64,000 nucleotides of DNA from the human T2T-CHM13v2.0 reference genome, Homo sapiens, in assembly GCF_009914755.1 (NCBI RefSeq), contig NC_060941.1. One strand, written 5' to 3'. The notes below the pieces were generated by a model. The model did no database searches, had not been told where the DNA came from, and saw nothing but the letters and a program-made list of their open reading frames with translations. The translations under genes were made by a program, and so were the position numbers. Of this stretch, positions 13,034 to 26,039 are shown piece after piece (positions within the stretch are counted from its first letter, which is position 1; the number at the start of each line of letters is the position of its first letter).

Positions 13034-13830
13034 TTTTTTTTTTTAAATATATATTTTAAGTTCTGGGATACATGTGCAGAACGTGCAGGTTCGTTACATA
13101 GGTATACACGTGCCATGGTGGTTTGCTGCACCCATCAATCCATCATCTACATTAGGTATTTCTCCTAATGCTATCCCTCCTCTCACCCCTGACCCCCTGA
13201 CAGGCCCCAGTGTGTGATGATCCCCTTTCTGTGTCCATGTGTTCTCATTGTTCAACTCCCACTTTTGAGTAAGAACATGCAGTGTTTGGTTTTCTGTTCC
13301 TGTGTTAGTTTGCTGAGAATGATAATTTCCAGCTTCATCCATGTCCCTTCAAAGGACATGCACTCATCCTTTTTTTATGGCTGCATAGTATTACCTGGTG
13401 TATATTTGCCGCATTTTCTTTATCCAGTCTATCATTGATGGGCATTTGGGTTGATTCCAAGTCTTTGCTATTGTGAATAGTGCTACAATAAACATATGTG
13501 TGCATGTGTGTGTGTGTCTTTATAGTAGAATGATTTATAATCCTTTAGGTATATAACCAGTAATGAGATTGCTGGGTCAAATGGTATTTCTGGTTCTAGA
13601 TCCTTGAGAAATCTCCACACTGTCTTCCACAGTGGTTGAACTAATTTACACTCCCACCAACAGTGTAAAAGTGTTCCTGTTTCTCCACATCCTCTCCAGC
13701 ATCTGTTGTTTCCTGACTTTTTAATGATCGCCATTCTAACTGGCGTGAGATGCTATCTCATTGTGGTTTTGATTTGCATTTCTCTAATGACCAATGATGA
13801 TGAGCTTTGATTGGTGTACCTGGAAGTTGG
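13034..13830 (-). mobile_element. 5'-truncated L1PA7-like element with a tiny inverted ORF1-derived 5' segment
   Basis: ORF2 C-terminus and 3' UTR at 13034-13808; TSD aaaaggcttttt at 13026 and 13831; extra segment at 13806-13830. Confidence 0.92.
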
Positions 13831-14354
13831 AAAAGGCTTTTTTAAAAGATTTTTAAAAATCTCTTTGAGAAAAGAAGTTATAAAGCTCTTATAGTGATAG
13901 ACAGCAATCTGGTTGAAGAAACTTATTAAACAAACTTAGTTGGATTTTTTTTACATTAATTCCTTTTTTGTGATTCAGAAAGTGACTCCTGTATTCTCCA
14001 CCATTAAACTCTGACCAAGAAACAGCAGTGAGCTTGGAGAAGGAACACCAGCACATAGCTTTTGGACAGCCCAGCTGGCATTCCTGTTTGCGCAGACACC
14101 AACCATACCTAGTGATTCATTAGAGGTGAATGTAGCCTTCTAAGCAAGCATTGGCAAACAAAGGTGTCTATTTCAAAATTATCATTTCCAAATAGTTGTT
14201 TGTCTTTTTAATTGTAGAAAAGATCTTACCATGTTAATGATTCTAAGAGAAATTTTATTATCCTATTTATAATATAGAACTCAATTTAGAATCACAGAAT
14301 TTTCAATGTTGGAAGAATCTGCAATTCTTCATAGGAACCTTCCAGTTCATTTGA

Positions 14355-14560
14355 TTATTACCTATAGTAGGTTGGCCTAGTTAGAACTGATGCTGTTAAA
14401 GTTCTAGGTTCCATACTATGAGCCACTTATTTTCTGGCTATTTAGGGACCACATGTCATACTTTGGCATCAGTTGTACTATAAGCTCTATAGTAACTTAT
14501 AAGGGAGACCTGGTAAGAGAATTTAAGAAACATTTCTAAATGCGTGCTTTATATGGAGTC
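14355..14560 (+). mobile_element. Possible highly decayed tRNA-derived SINE (MamSINE1-like)
   Basis: Weak resemblance to a tRNA-like head (tagttagaactgatgct...ggttccatac) and to a remembered body motif (aagggagacctggtaagaga). Confidence 0.3.
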
Positions 14561-15449
14561 ATTGTGAATGCTAAACATACAGTTTTACAAGGAGCTCTCA
14601 ATCTAGTAAGCAAAAATAAAAATAGAGCAAAATCGTCACTTTCTAGAAAGCATTTCATAATAGGTGCCCTGTGGCTGGTGAGTTGTTAGAGGCATATCTA
14701 TATAGGAAAGTAGGCATTACTCCCCATAATTTTCTTTGCTTTACTAAAAACAAATACACATCACTAAAATTCCATTATTCAGTTGCTAAGAGAACATCTT
14801 TAAGGGTATATTTTAAACATCTACTTAGAAGCTGAACATTTTGCATTTCTTAATGTTAGAGCAATATAAATTAATTTGGCTGACAAACTAGTAAATTTTA
14901 CCCAAGGAGGAAGTAGTGATAAGGCAGTTAATACTATAAAACTCTTATCTTGACAGTTTACTATGTGAGAAACACTTTCTGTCCCTTACTTCAGTATGGG
15001 ACTCATGACATTGTGTTAAATGATTTATTCACAAGCTATTTTAGGGTTAAAAACAAGACTTCTCTAGTCATGCCTAATCCCACATAAATAAATCACTATT
15101 TGAAAATATTGCTTTGATTAACCGTCATCCATGTTAGATATCAAAGATTGTCTGTAACCATGGATTTGAAATTAAACTGTGAACTTCATCACAGTTCTTC
15201 AGTATTGAAGGCAGCTGATTTCCTGATGTGGTTGCTAGTGGTATTCTGCTACCCCTGCCACATGCCCTTTATCTTGTCTGTGTCCCCTTCCCACCACTGC
15301 TTTTTCCTCTTTCCTCCTCTCATATTCTTAATCACTGTTTTTCCCCTTTCACTACTGTAATTATAAGATCTCTTTACACTGTAGTTATTAACCCTATTTC
15401 TACCAATTCTGGGGCATATTTCCCTCTGTCTACAAATTGCCTTTCTAAT

Positions 15450-15726
15450 GTTTGTTTGAGATGGAGTCTTGCTCTGTCGCCCAGACTGGAGTGCAGTGGC
15501 ACAATCTCGGCTACTGCAACCTCCAGCTCCCGGGTTCAAGCGATTCTACTGCCTCCGCCTCCTGAGTAGCTGGGATTGCAGGCACGCCACCCGCCACCCG
15601 CCACCATGCCCGGCTAATTTTTGTACTTTTAGTAGAGACAGGGTTTCACCATGTTGGTCAGGCTGGTCTCGAACTCGTGACCTTGCGATCCACCCACCTC
15701 CGCCTCCCAAAGTGCCGGGATTACAG
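15450..15726 (-). mobile_element. Alu (AluS-type), slightly 5'-truncated
   Basis: Alu consensus; internal (cgccacc)n expansion near 15585-15605; short tctaat direct repeat at the flanks. Confidence 0.92.
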
Positions 15727-17096
15727 TCTAATTTTTTTTGAAGTTTTTAAACATAAATGTTTTTGTGTTGTCAAACCTTTGTCTTTATGATTTTTCGTTT
15801 TTTATAACTTTATTTAAGTTCATTCCTAGTCATATTTCAGATATATATTTACCTAGATCCCTGTAATATCTTTCTTTAATTCATCTAAGAAATTATTTTG
15901 TTAGATATATGGTATGAGATGAGGGTCTACACTTTACACTGTTTTTCCAAATAGTTGTCGCAACCACTTTTATTTTGTGTTATCATCATTATCATAGATT
16001 AAATTCTTACATAATATAGGGTCTGTATGGGGCTATCTGGTCTTTCTAGTTGCTTTTTCAATCAATATTTATTAGGTAAATGACTGTTTTATCTAACTCC
16101 TCTTTGGCCAGTACCAACTATTGCTGCTTTATGAAAGCCTTAAATTCTTGGGCCATGTTTCCTCTTGTTTCTTTATTTCTTGTTGTTTCAAAATTTGCTT
16201 ACCAGTTTTCACTGATTTATTCATCGACATCAACTTAAGAATCTTTTTATTTAGCTCTTGTTATGTCTCGCTTTGAATTTAGAATTCTTGGTCAAATTCC
16301 TCCAAAACAAAATTTGATGAAATTTTGATTCCAATTTAATTAAATCTCTAAAGGTTAATGTGGAAGGAATATATTTCTGTTTTAAAGACAGATCTCCCTT
16401 AAGTCCCAAATTTCAGATGAATTCTAATGTTTAACACCCCGGAAGTTGCTTTTGAATTGTACCATTTTTCAATGAAAAGAGTTTAATCTGCAATTATGAA
16501 AGGAAGTTTCCAATACTATAAATTTTCCCTTTTGTGTAACCAGAATTGGAGAATTAGGAAAGTAGCTTTTTTTTTTTCTATGTCAGTCTTCATTAAACCA
16601 GAAAATACATGTTCAAGGTTAAATATATTTTTCAAAGAGGATTGTAACTAATATTTATATTGTGAACAAGTTTCATATGATAAAATTTATCAATTAGATG
16701 TATTTTTATATCTGTCCTTGATTAGGGACTTCTGTTTATAAAGGAGATTGAAAATTGTTTCTTTGATTTTCTTTGATGCTTAGAAGCAGAAATCAATTTT
16801 GCACCTTTTGGAGAGTAAGGCAGCTGCAGGTAAAAAAAGTTGAAAGCTCTTGGGAGGGTTAATTAGAGCTAATTATAATCTGATTGACCTGTTTTTCTTC
16901 CAAAAGCTTAACCAATCTTTCTTTGCAAAATGAGCATGGATTTTACTTTATCATACAAACTAAAGAAAATCTTTGTTTCTTGAAGTTCTAGATATCCATC
17001 ATTATTACACACTTTATAAATGAGTGTTGCTACCTAAACTGTGGAATCAAGGATTAGGTAAGGTTGAAAAAGACCTTCAAGATTATTTAGTCTTAG

Positions 17097-17468
<372 letters not shown>

Positions 17469-17671
17469 AAAAATTGTAATTTTTAAGGAAATATAAATTA
17501 ATGTTCATAATTTTAAAATCTTATATTTTTAATGAAAACAAGAAATAAAATTGACAAACAAGTATAATTGTCATTTTTAGCATTGGTATTTTCTTCATTC
17601 CACTTAGTCTTATTTGCTTGATAAATACTGTAAAAAAGATTTTTTAAAATTTATATAAAAAGAATATAATG

Positions 17672-17831
17672 CAGCCTGGCATGGTGGCTCACACCTGTAA
17701 TCCCATCACTTTCGGAGGCCGAGGTGGGTGGATGTCTTTAGATCACCTTGAACCTGGGAGGCGGAGGTTGCGGTGAATCAAGATCATGCCACTCCACTCC
17801 AGCCTAGGCAACACAGTGAGACTCTAAAAAA
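17672..17831 (+). mobile_element. Internally deleted Alu (left-arm 5' part fused to right-arm 3' part)
   Basis: Monomer-length hybrid; aatataatg direct repeat at both flanks. Confidence 0.85.
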
Positions 17832-20800
17832 GTAATATAATGAAATAATTTGCCTATTATTATATGGTGTTTCTCAAAGCATAGTTTATGATTGTTATTT
17901 TAATTGTTAAATAAAATGTAGTTCTAATATTCCCATAAATCTGAACCCTTTTTTGAAGAAATTTCCTATGAAAGCTTCTTGCCTAAATAAGTTCCTTAAG
18001 GCAGTTTTTGTATATGAAAAATGAAATAGTCATTTTCATGGTTTGTCAACTCAGTTATATCTCATTTTATGTTAAGTAGAGTACCTGCTCATATTAGATA
18101 GGGTTTTTACTCTCAGACAGATTGTGTTCTAATTTGGGCAGTCAAGACCCTTTGATTTTAGAAAGTTGGGTAATAAAGCATTTTAATGACAGTTCAAGAT
18201 AGCAGTTAAGAGTACTAAATATGTGATTAATTACAGACGACAAATCTAAAAGATAAAAAAGGAGAGAAAGATCATTTATACAAAAGTAGAATGGAAAAAC
18301 AGATAAGGTGAAATCTGAGATAGATTTTGAAGGACAAGTAACAACTAAATGATGGAAAAAGGTGAAAAATATATATACCTAGAGGATTAATGTGACCCAA
18401 AGTGTCTTGGAAGTAGAAGAATTTCACCTGGTAAATGTGGTAAGTTAATGTACTTGGATATGGGAATCATGTGAGAGTTAAGTGGACTAAAGCTAGTAAG
18501 TAGGTTGATTTGGAATAGGTAGTAGAGAACTTTGAAGAATGAAGAATGAGGATATATTTTATCATGTACCATGTTGTTAGGTTTGTTACCTAAGGTGGTA
18601 CTTCATCAATATTTTGAGGAAATCAATCTTTCAGAAGTATGCAGAATACAATAAAGAACACAGTAGGCAGGGTGATCACATATGTGATTTTCATAGTACC
18701 CAAGCATGAGAGGATAAAGACATAAATCAGTAATACAGTGGTTAGAATGGAAATTAAGCAACAGCTGCAAATTACATTATAAATGAAGACTTCACAGTGC
18801 TTAATTACTGGTTAGGTAAGGAGGAGGAGGAGTTGGCTAGATGAGTCATGGAGGGGGAGTGAGGAAAGAGAAAAGAAAGCATATGTCAGAGGTCTGTTAA
18901 AAAGTTCTACGAATCATATTCTCCCCCATACACATTCATGCCTGAGGGGTGAGTTATACCTTCATTTGTCAATATCTGCAAAGCATTTTGGGATTATCCA
19001 TTGAAAGGTATATTATATATATTTTAACAAATCAGACTCATAAGTCAAGGAAACTAGATATAACTTGCTTTTAAACATTTTAATTCAATAGCTCTTTTCC
19101 TGCAGTAACCCTTAATTTTTTTCACAAGCTGTAATAGTACCAAGACCAAGAAGGGCTTTCCAAAGAGTGGATGTAGGAAGCTGATAAGAGAAGTATTCTT
19201 TAGGGCTTGGTAGCATAGGTTACATTGCACAAAAACATTATATCTCTTTGCAGTCTCATTTTTCTCCTGTCACCTATTGACATTTTGAAAGATTTACTGA
19301 TGAACTTAAAAATTGCAGAACTTTTAAATTTAGTGATGTGAATGTGTTAGCCTAATTACAGATGTGCTACTGCAATTAATGCTTTTTCCTTCTACTATAG
19401 GGAGCCATTCATTACAACTCATAACTAGAGGAAAGGGCTTTACATGATTGTTGCTAACATTAAAAAATACATGTGCAAATTTTGTTTCCAAACAACTCTC
19501 CAAAGTTCAAGAGCTGGTGTTACTAATTGAGTGCCTCAGGAAAACCCTTAATAAATTATTTTGTCTAGCTCTTTGATCACACAGGTGATTATGTATATTT
19601 TTTCAAGGTAAGAAAGAGGAAAAGGAAAAAATTGTGCCAAGAACTATTATAGTTTCTTTAATTCTCTTGTGAGAATAGTTTTGATCTAATAAAATAGGTG
19701 TGATTTTCCATTATAAAAATGAGCAAACTGAGTCTTAGAGAATTACAGAGCCAGAAAATTTTTAAAAGTGTAAAATTCTGATCTGAGATTCTAACCTAGT
19801 TATGTCCCATTCAAAGCCCATGTTTTTTCATTCTAGATCATGTTACCTTGTGGGGGAAAAGTACTGTATGTGGAAAAACACATAGTATATTTATTGTCCT
19901 GTGTGTGAGCTGTTACCGTGCTTTGTCCCAACAAAAGTCCAAAGTATTGGTAGCCTACAAAGATTTTCATTAGTTCAGATTACATTTTCAAAGAAGACTT
20001 TGGTCTGCTCTTTGAAGTTTCATTATGTAATCGTGAGGCAGAAAAACCTCATTTTATAAAGGGCCAGTGTGAGTTGAAGACATTTCCTCAGTGTTGCCAA
20101 AAAAAAAAAAAAAAAATAAGCTAGAGATTTTACTTCTTAATTCAGGATTCCCTTCTAGTATGTTTGCTCACACTGCTTAGTATTAAAAAGCATAATGCTT
20201 ATGTGGATTTTCTGACTTACTACTATATCTTCATTTTTCTTTTATTATCTAACCTTCTAAACTGAATTAAACTCTATCTAGTACATAGTAAATCAGTAAA
20301 TGGACGACAGCATTTTCCCTGATGGGATTTCAGTCTCATGGTGAGGCACTGGGAAAATTCTGGCTCAGTTGTTACTGACATAGGAGGCTGTACAGTTATT
20401 TATTAGAAGACAGCCTGGGAGGAAAAGAGAAAATGGATTTATGTGATCTTGTATTGCTAAATACGGCACACTGCTGTTATCTTTTCTTTACTGCTTCCTC
20501 TAAAAGTCATCATTTCAATGCACTAATCTTTTAAACAGCCATTCAGTGGTAACTGGGCTAGAACTTTGCTAAGGGGTCACATTCACCAACCTGACAGTTA
20601 CACATTTACAAAAGAAATAGCATGAATTTATTCAGCATCAAAACCTCTGCATCTTTTACCACCCAACTACATTTCACACTGTATTACCATCAGTGCACAA
20701 TAATGGCTATATAAATTCCATCCAGAGTCTTCATTTAATTAACTAGCATTCTTTGAACAAAAATAAAAGTGCTGTTTTTATAGAGGAATAAAAGCTGCAT

Positions 20801-21044
20801 GAAGTGAGTGTGAAGAAGACAAATCATCAAATTAGTTATTCTTCATTGCAGCTATGGAGAATTTCCTGCCCTTTCTCTTTAGAGTCTTTTTTTTTTTAGA
20901 TTGATTGAATGAAAAATGGAGAGTGAAGCAGCCTCAAATATACCTATTGTAATGACCACATCATAAGCTCATCCAGGACTGGGCACTGATAATATTGTCA
21001 TCTAAAAGTGATTTTTTAAAAACATTTTCTGTAGTTGGCAAGGT

Positions 21045-21270
21045 AGTACAGCATAGTAGCCAAGAACATGAACTTTATAACTAGACTGCCAAATCTTAGC
21101 TCTGTCACTTACTAGGTTTGTGATTCTGAGTTAGTTACTTAACTTTCCTGTGCATCAATGTCCTGTCTATAAAATGCAGATAATAATAGACATATCCATG
21201 GCAGTGTGTGGATTAACTGAGTTGATGGATGTAAAACATTGAGAATAGTGCTGGCACATAGTTAGCCATT
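21045..21270 (+). mobile_element. MIR
   Basis: gttacttaactttcctgtgcatcaatgtcctgtctataaaatg core. Confidence 0.7.
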
Positions 21271-21499
21271 ATCTCCTGTATGCACAGCAGCAGTCTAGGG
21301 TGAAGTTGATCTAGCTGTGTCACTAGAGACTCTCTTGATCATCTGAATGAAATTGACTGGTGTGGTAGGCTAGGTTAATGTACCTACCTTTTCCAGATAT
21401 TTCTTTCTAAAAGTATTCTTTTATTATAAAACAATTACTTTTAGATACAAGGAAATAAAGTCCTTTGAGTCAAGGGCATAGAAGGCAATTGGTTGGCCA

Positions 21500-22665
21500 C
21501 ATCTCTCCATCTGGCACCCTGCTGCCAGATTTAGCTTTCTAAAGCACTGTTTTCTCATATCATTTTCTGCTCAGAAGCCTTCAAGTCTTCTTCAGACTCA
21601 AGCTCCTTCCCCTTCATGCCTGCCATTTCTACCAGAGCCTGACTCCCTCCCTTTCCACGACCTTTTTTTATCCATTACTCCCCTATAGCAAGTCTCTACT
21701 CCAATCATAATTGATCTAGTATTGTTTCACAGTGTGCCACATTTCTTCTTGTCTCTCTTCCTTTATTCACATGGTTCTCTTTTTGTAACATCCTCTTTTC
21801 TTCATCCATTTATCTAAGTCATACCTGATGTTCTAAGTTGAGACAGAAAAGGAGAGGTTATCTTTTACCCCTTTGTATTTTTGTCATAAACATGGTTGCT
21901 AGATGCAGTGGCTGCTAAATAAATGCTATTGATGAACTACTCTGTTGGCTTTACCTTCAAACTGTATTTAGAATCTAACTGCTTCACACCAACTCCACCA
22001 CTATCACCCTTATTGAAGCTACAGTTAATTTTTGCCCATCTCCTTTTTCTTCTCCCTGCTTCCACCCTTGCCCACCATCTACAGTCTATTCTCAACACAG
22101 CAGCAAAAGTAACACTTTTAAAATTTAAGTCAGATCACATCGATTCTCTGCCCAAAACCCTCCAATCATTTCCCATCTTACCCTGAGTAAAACCAAAGTC
22201 CTTGCAACGGCCTACAAATTCTCTTAGCCTCTGCCACTTCACTCTACCTCCATCCCTATATTCACTCTTGTTACCATTCTGCCCTCATGTCTTACTACTC
22301 CCGTCTTCCTGGACCCTACTACTCCTACCTCTACTACACTGGCTTCCTTGCTGTTCTCTGAAAGACACAAATCACAGCTCCATCTCAGGGCCTTCATGCA
22401 AACTGTTCGCTCTTCCTAGAAAGCTCCTCCTTGGGAAATCCTAACTCCATTCCTCCTGCAGGTCTCTGGTCAGTTATCTTTTCAATGAGACATTTACCTC
22501 TCATCCCTGATTTACTGTCTATCTCCCCAAACTTAGAATGTAAATTCCAAGGAGCAAGAGGGAAGGCTTTTTGTCTATATTGTTTAGTGTCTACCCCCAG
22601 TACCTGAAACAGAACCTGACACATAATAAATACTTAATAAATCATTATTGAATGTATGAATGAAA
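21500..22665 (+). mobile_element. L2 fragments (two 3' ends)
   Basis: L2 body motifs and terminal aataaat..ttgaatgtatgaatgaa. Confidence 0.7.
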
Positions 22666-23059
22666 AACTGACCCTTAAGAATATGCCAGCATTCCTAACC
22701 CTCCCAGCACTTCAAATGTATTTAGGCTCAAACAAAAGCAAATGTCCCTTAACAGCTCTGAAAAAATTAAAATAGCCATAGTTTAATATTAGCCATGGCA
22801 ATTGGAGCAGAAAGTTCTATCGCAGAGAAAAGAGATTTCTGCATCAAGTAAAGAAAAAGGAATGGTTTACAGTATAAGAAGTGCCATATTAAATTATATT
22901 GGTGTCCTGGGGGACTGTCTTTGACCCAGTACCAAGGTACATTTTTTTCCCTCCAAGTACATTTTGATAGAGCAAGTGGTTTTGGCTACCCTTTCCTCTT
23001 CCTAAGGTGGAAGGTATACCTGTATGGGGTTTTTTTGTTTTTTCATTTAGAGGCAGAGT

Positions 23060-23280
23060 AAAACAGTAGAAAGACAGCATTAATGTTGCAGTCAGGCAGA
23101 CCTAGTTTCAGATTCTGGCACTGCTGTGTGTTCTTGAACAGGTCATATAACTTCTCTGAGTCTGTTTGCTTATGTATGAAATGTTTTTTAGTAATGTCTT
23201 TCTCTCAATATTGTTTTAAAGATTAAGTGAGAAAAGACACGTGATGCACCTGAGACATAACATGTGTTTAATAAATGTCT
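23060..23280 (+). mobile_element. MIR
   Basis: aacttctctgagtctgtttgcttatgtatgaaatg core. Confidence 0.65.
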
Positions 23281-23843
23281 TGTGAGCCTTGCATTCAACA
23301 ACACGATTATGTACTTTGCTACTAAATGCTACCTTTTGGCTTAAACCAAAAGGGAGAAGTAGTAGATAGATTGACGTCCATGAGATAACTTTAGCCCCTG
23401 GAGCTTGGTCCATGGAGAAGCCCCATAACACTACTACAAATCTCTCAGCAGCATCTGATGACCCTACAAGAGCCTTTTTAGAACATGAGTCCTACTACCT
23501 ACTTGAGTTTTGTTGTAGCCTACTCTTTTTATCTTTTGAGCCCTTTCTTATTCTTCTGTTTTCCATTTTCAACTATCTTCTACTTCCTTTATTTTCAAAA
23601 TGTTATGCTAGGTATATGAAGTCAAGAGATTCCATGCTGAAATCAACAAAGGAAAAAGTAAGATCAGGCAACTACCTCACATAATAAAATAACATAACTA
23701 TTAATTTTCAAATTGATAAATAAATAATATATGTATATTGACTTTTTGGAATTATAACTTCCAGAGCAAGGAAAATATTTTGTATAAACCTCGGAACTAT
23801 TTCTTATGTATTTTTTAAATGACATTAATTTTGAAATCTTTAG

Positions 23844-24020
23844 GAAGCCAAAGCTGTAGTTGAAGAAACAAGAGCCCTGCGTAGTCGGATTCATCTTGCT
23901 GAAGCTGCTCAGAGACAGGCACATGGAATGGAAATGGACTATGAAGAAGTGATCCGTCTGTTAGAGGCCAAGATTACAGAGCTAAAGGCTCAGCTTGCTG
24001 ATTATTCTGACCAAAATAAA
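23844..24020 (+). CDS. STXBP4: STXBP4 internal coding exon (177 nt, phase 0-0), coiled-coil region
   Basis: Acceptor ctttag|GAA and donor AAA|gtaagc. Translates to EAKAVVEETRALRSRIHLAEAAQRQAHGMEMDYEEVIRLLEAKITELKAQLADYSDQNK, recognised as STXBP4/Synip; in frame with the next exon. Confidence 0.96.
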
Positions 24021-24580
24021 GTAAGCAAAGCAGTCATCTCTTCCAGTTACCATGGTTTCCTTGCCGTTGTCATGTATCCTGTTTTCATTTTCTTTTCATC
24101 TGCACTTCTAAACTAGGTCAGTGTTTGTCTTCTATTATTCAATGATAGGATGCTGTGTCCTGATGGGGATAATGTAAAGGTCTTGAGCCTTCCTTTATCC
24201 AGATGGCTTTGGGATGGAAAAGCATGTGCCCCAAATTTATTTAGGTCATTGGTCAAAATTGTTCAGTTCAGGTATTAAGTCCTGGAACTCTTTAACATTT
24301 AATTGATTACATTGGTTTTTTTCTTTTGTTTCTAAACCTGCTAATTTGTTTTATGGGAATGGGAGCAGGGGAGTCTAGGAATGGGTTTGCTCTTTGATTA
24401 GAGCATTCAAGGAAGTATTAAAGTGAAGGAATGTTTGCCTAAGGCCTAGATAATTAATGGGAAGAAACTGAGTTTGAATTTTTTTTAATGTGAGGTGTAC
24501 TAAAGTAGTTTCCAATAGATGATTTTCCAGTTTCAATAGCAAAATACTGAATGCTTTTCAGAAGGCAGTGCGAACTTTTT

Positions 24581-24924
<344 letters not shown>

Positions 24925-26039
24925 TGAAGAGGCTTCAAAAATCTATAATAGTCATATATTTTTACTTCACTGAATTAAGGTAGAAAATCGAGTAAATTGA
25001 AATAAATATTCATACATTTGTTCACTTACAAACATAACTGGTTATGTATATCTCTAATCCAATCAGTTTCTAAGAGAACATAAAGAAAATCTGAATAATT
25101 TATGACTATTTAAACATTAAAAAGTTAAATACTTTAAATATAGCATGTGAAAATGAAACTAGTGTTACAAATGCAAAATACCAAAGAAAATTTGAAATCT
25201 GTTAAAAGTCACTAAACTATTTCTCACATTATTCACTTAAACCAATTCCACAAGAAGGCTGAAGTTCCCATCACCCTTTGATAATACCACAAGGCGAAGA
25301 GGAAAACATATAGTTTACAAATCAGCAATATTTAGGAATATTACATATTTGTTATTTGTGACCTGGTTTTTACATTCTGAAAGTAGATATGTGATAATGT
25401 TATGTAACTTTAGCCTGAGTATGAAAATATTTTGAGATTTATCACAATATCAAAAGTACTATTTATTATGGTTACTTTTGAAGTGAAAAATCAAGAGTGT
25501 TTAATATTTTATTTTTAAATGATATAACTTTCAAGAAAGTTCACATGAAATTATTCCTTGTTTTTTGTTTCTTTTTTAAGCTTGGGTTATTTGTAATCTC
25601 TCTTCCAGCTCTTAACTGAGAAACATTTTTGTCCTAAGTTGCCTGGTAATATAATTAATTCAGTTTTTCTCTCTTTTATCATAATCGGGTTCTCATGCCA
25701 TTTCTCTTAACAAGACTCTAAGCCAGTAACCTGTCTCTGAAAACAGTCTTTAAAGAGTCTCTTTAAAGAGCTATTAATATGAGCATCTCAACATTCAACA
25801 TTTTCTAAACCCAATATCAGTGGAAAAAAAGAAGGAAACCTTTTTTTTTTAATCATGAGATTGCTTAAAGAGACATTGACCAAGATGTTACAGAATTAAA
25901 ATTCAAGTGTCTATTTGTAAGATAACAGATTCTTTTTGTAACAGTACATTTATTTTTCATTATAATTTTTTCTTTATGTTATTTATTTATTTATTTACCT
26001 TTTGGAGTTTTTATTCACCTTCAACATAAGAAATAAAAC

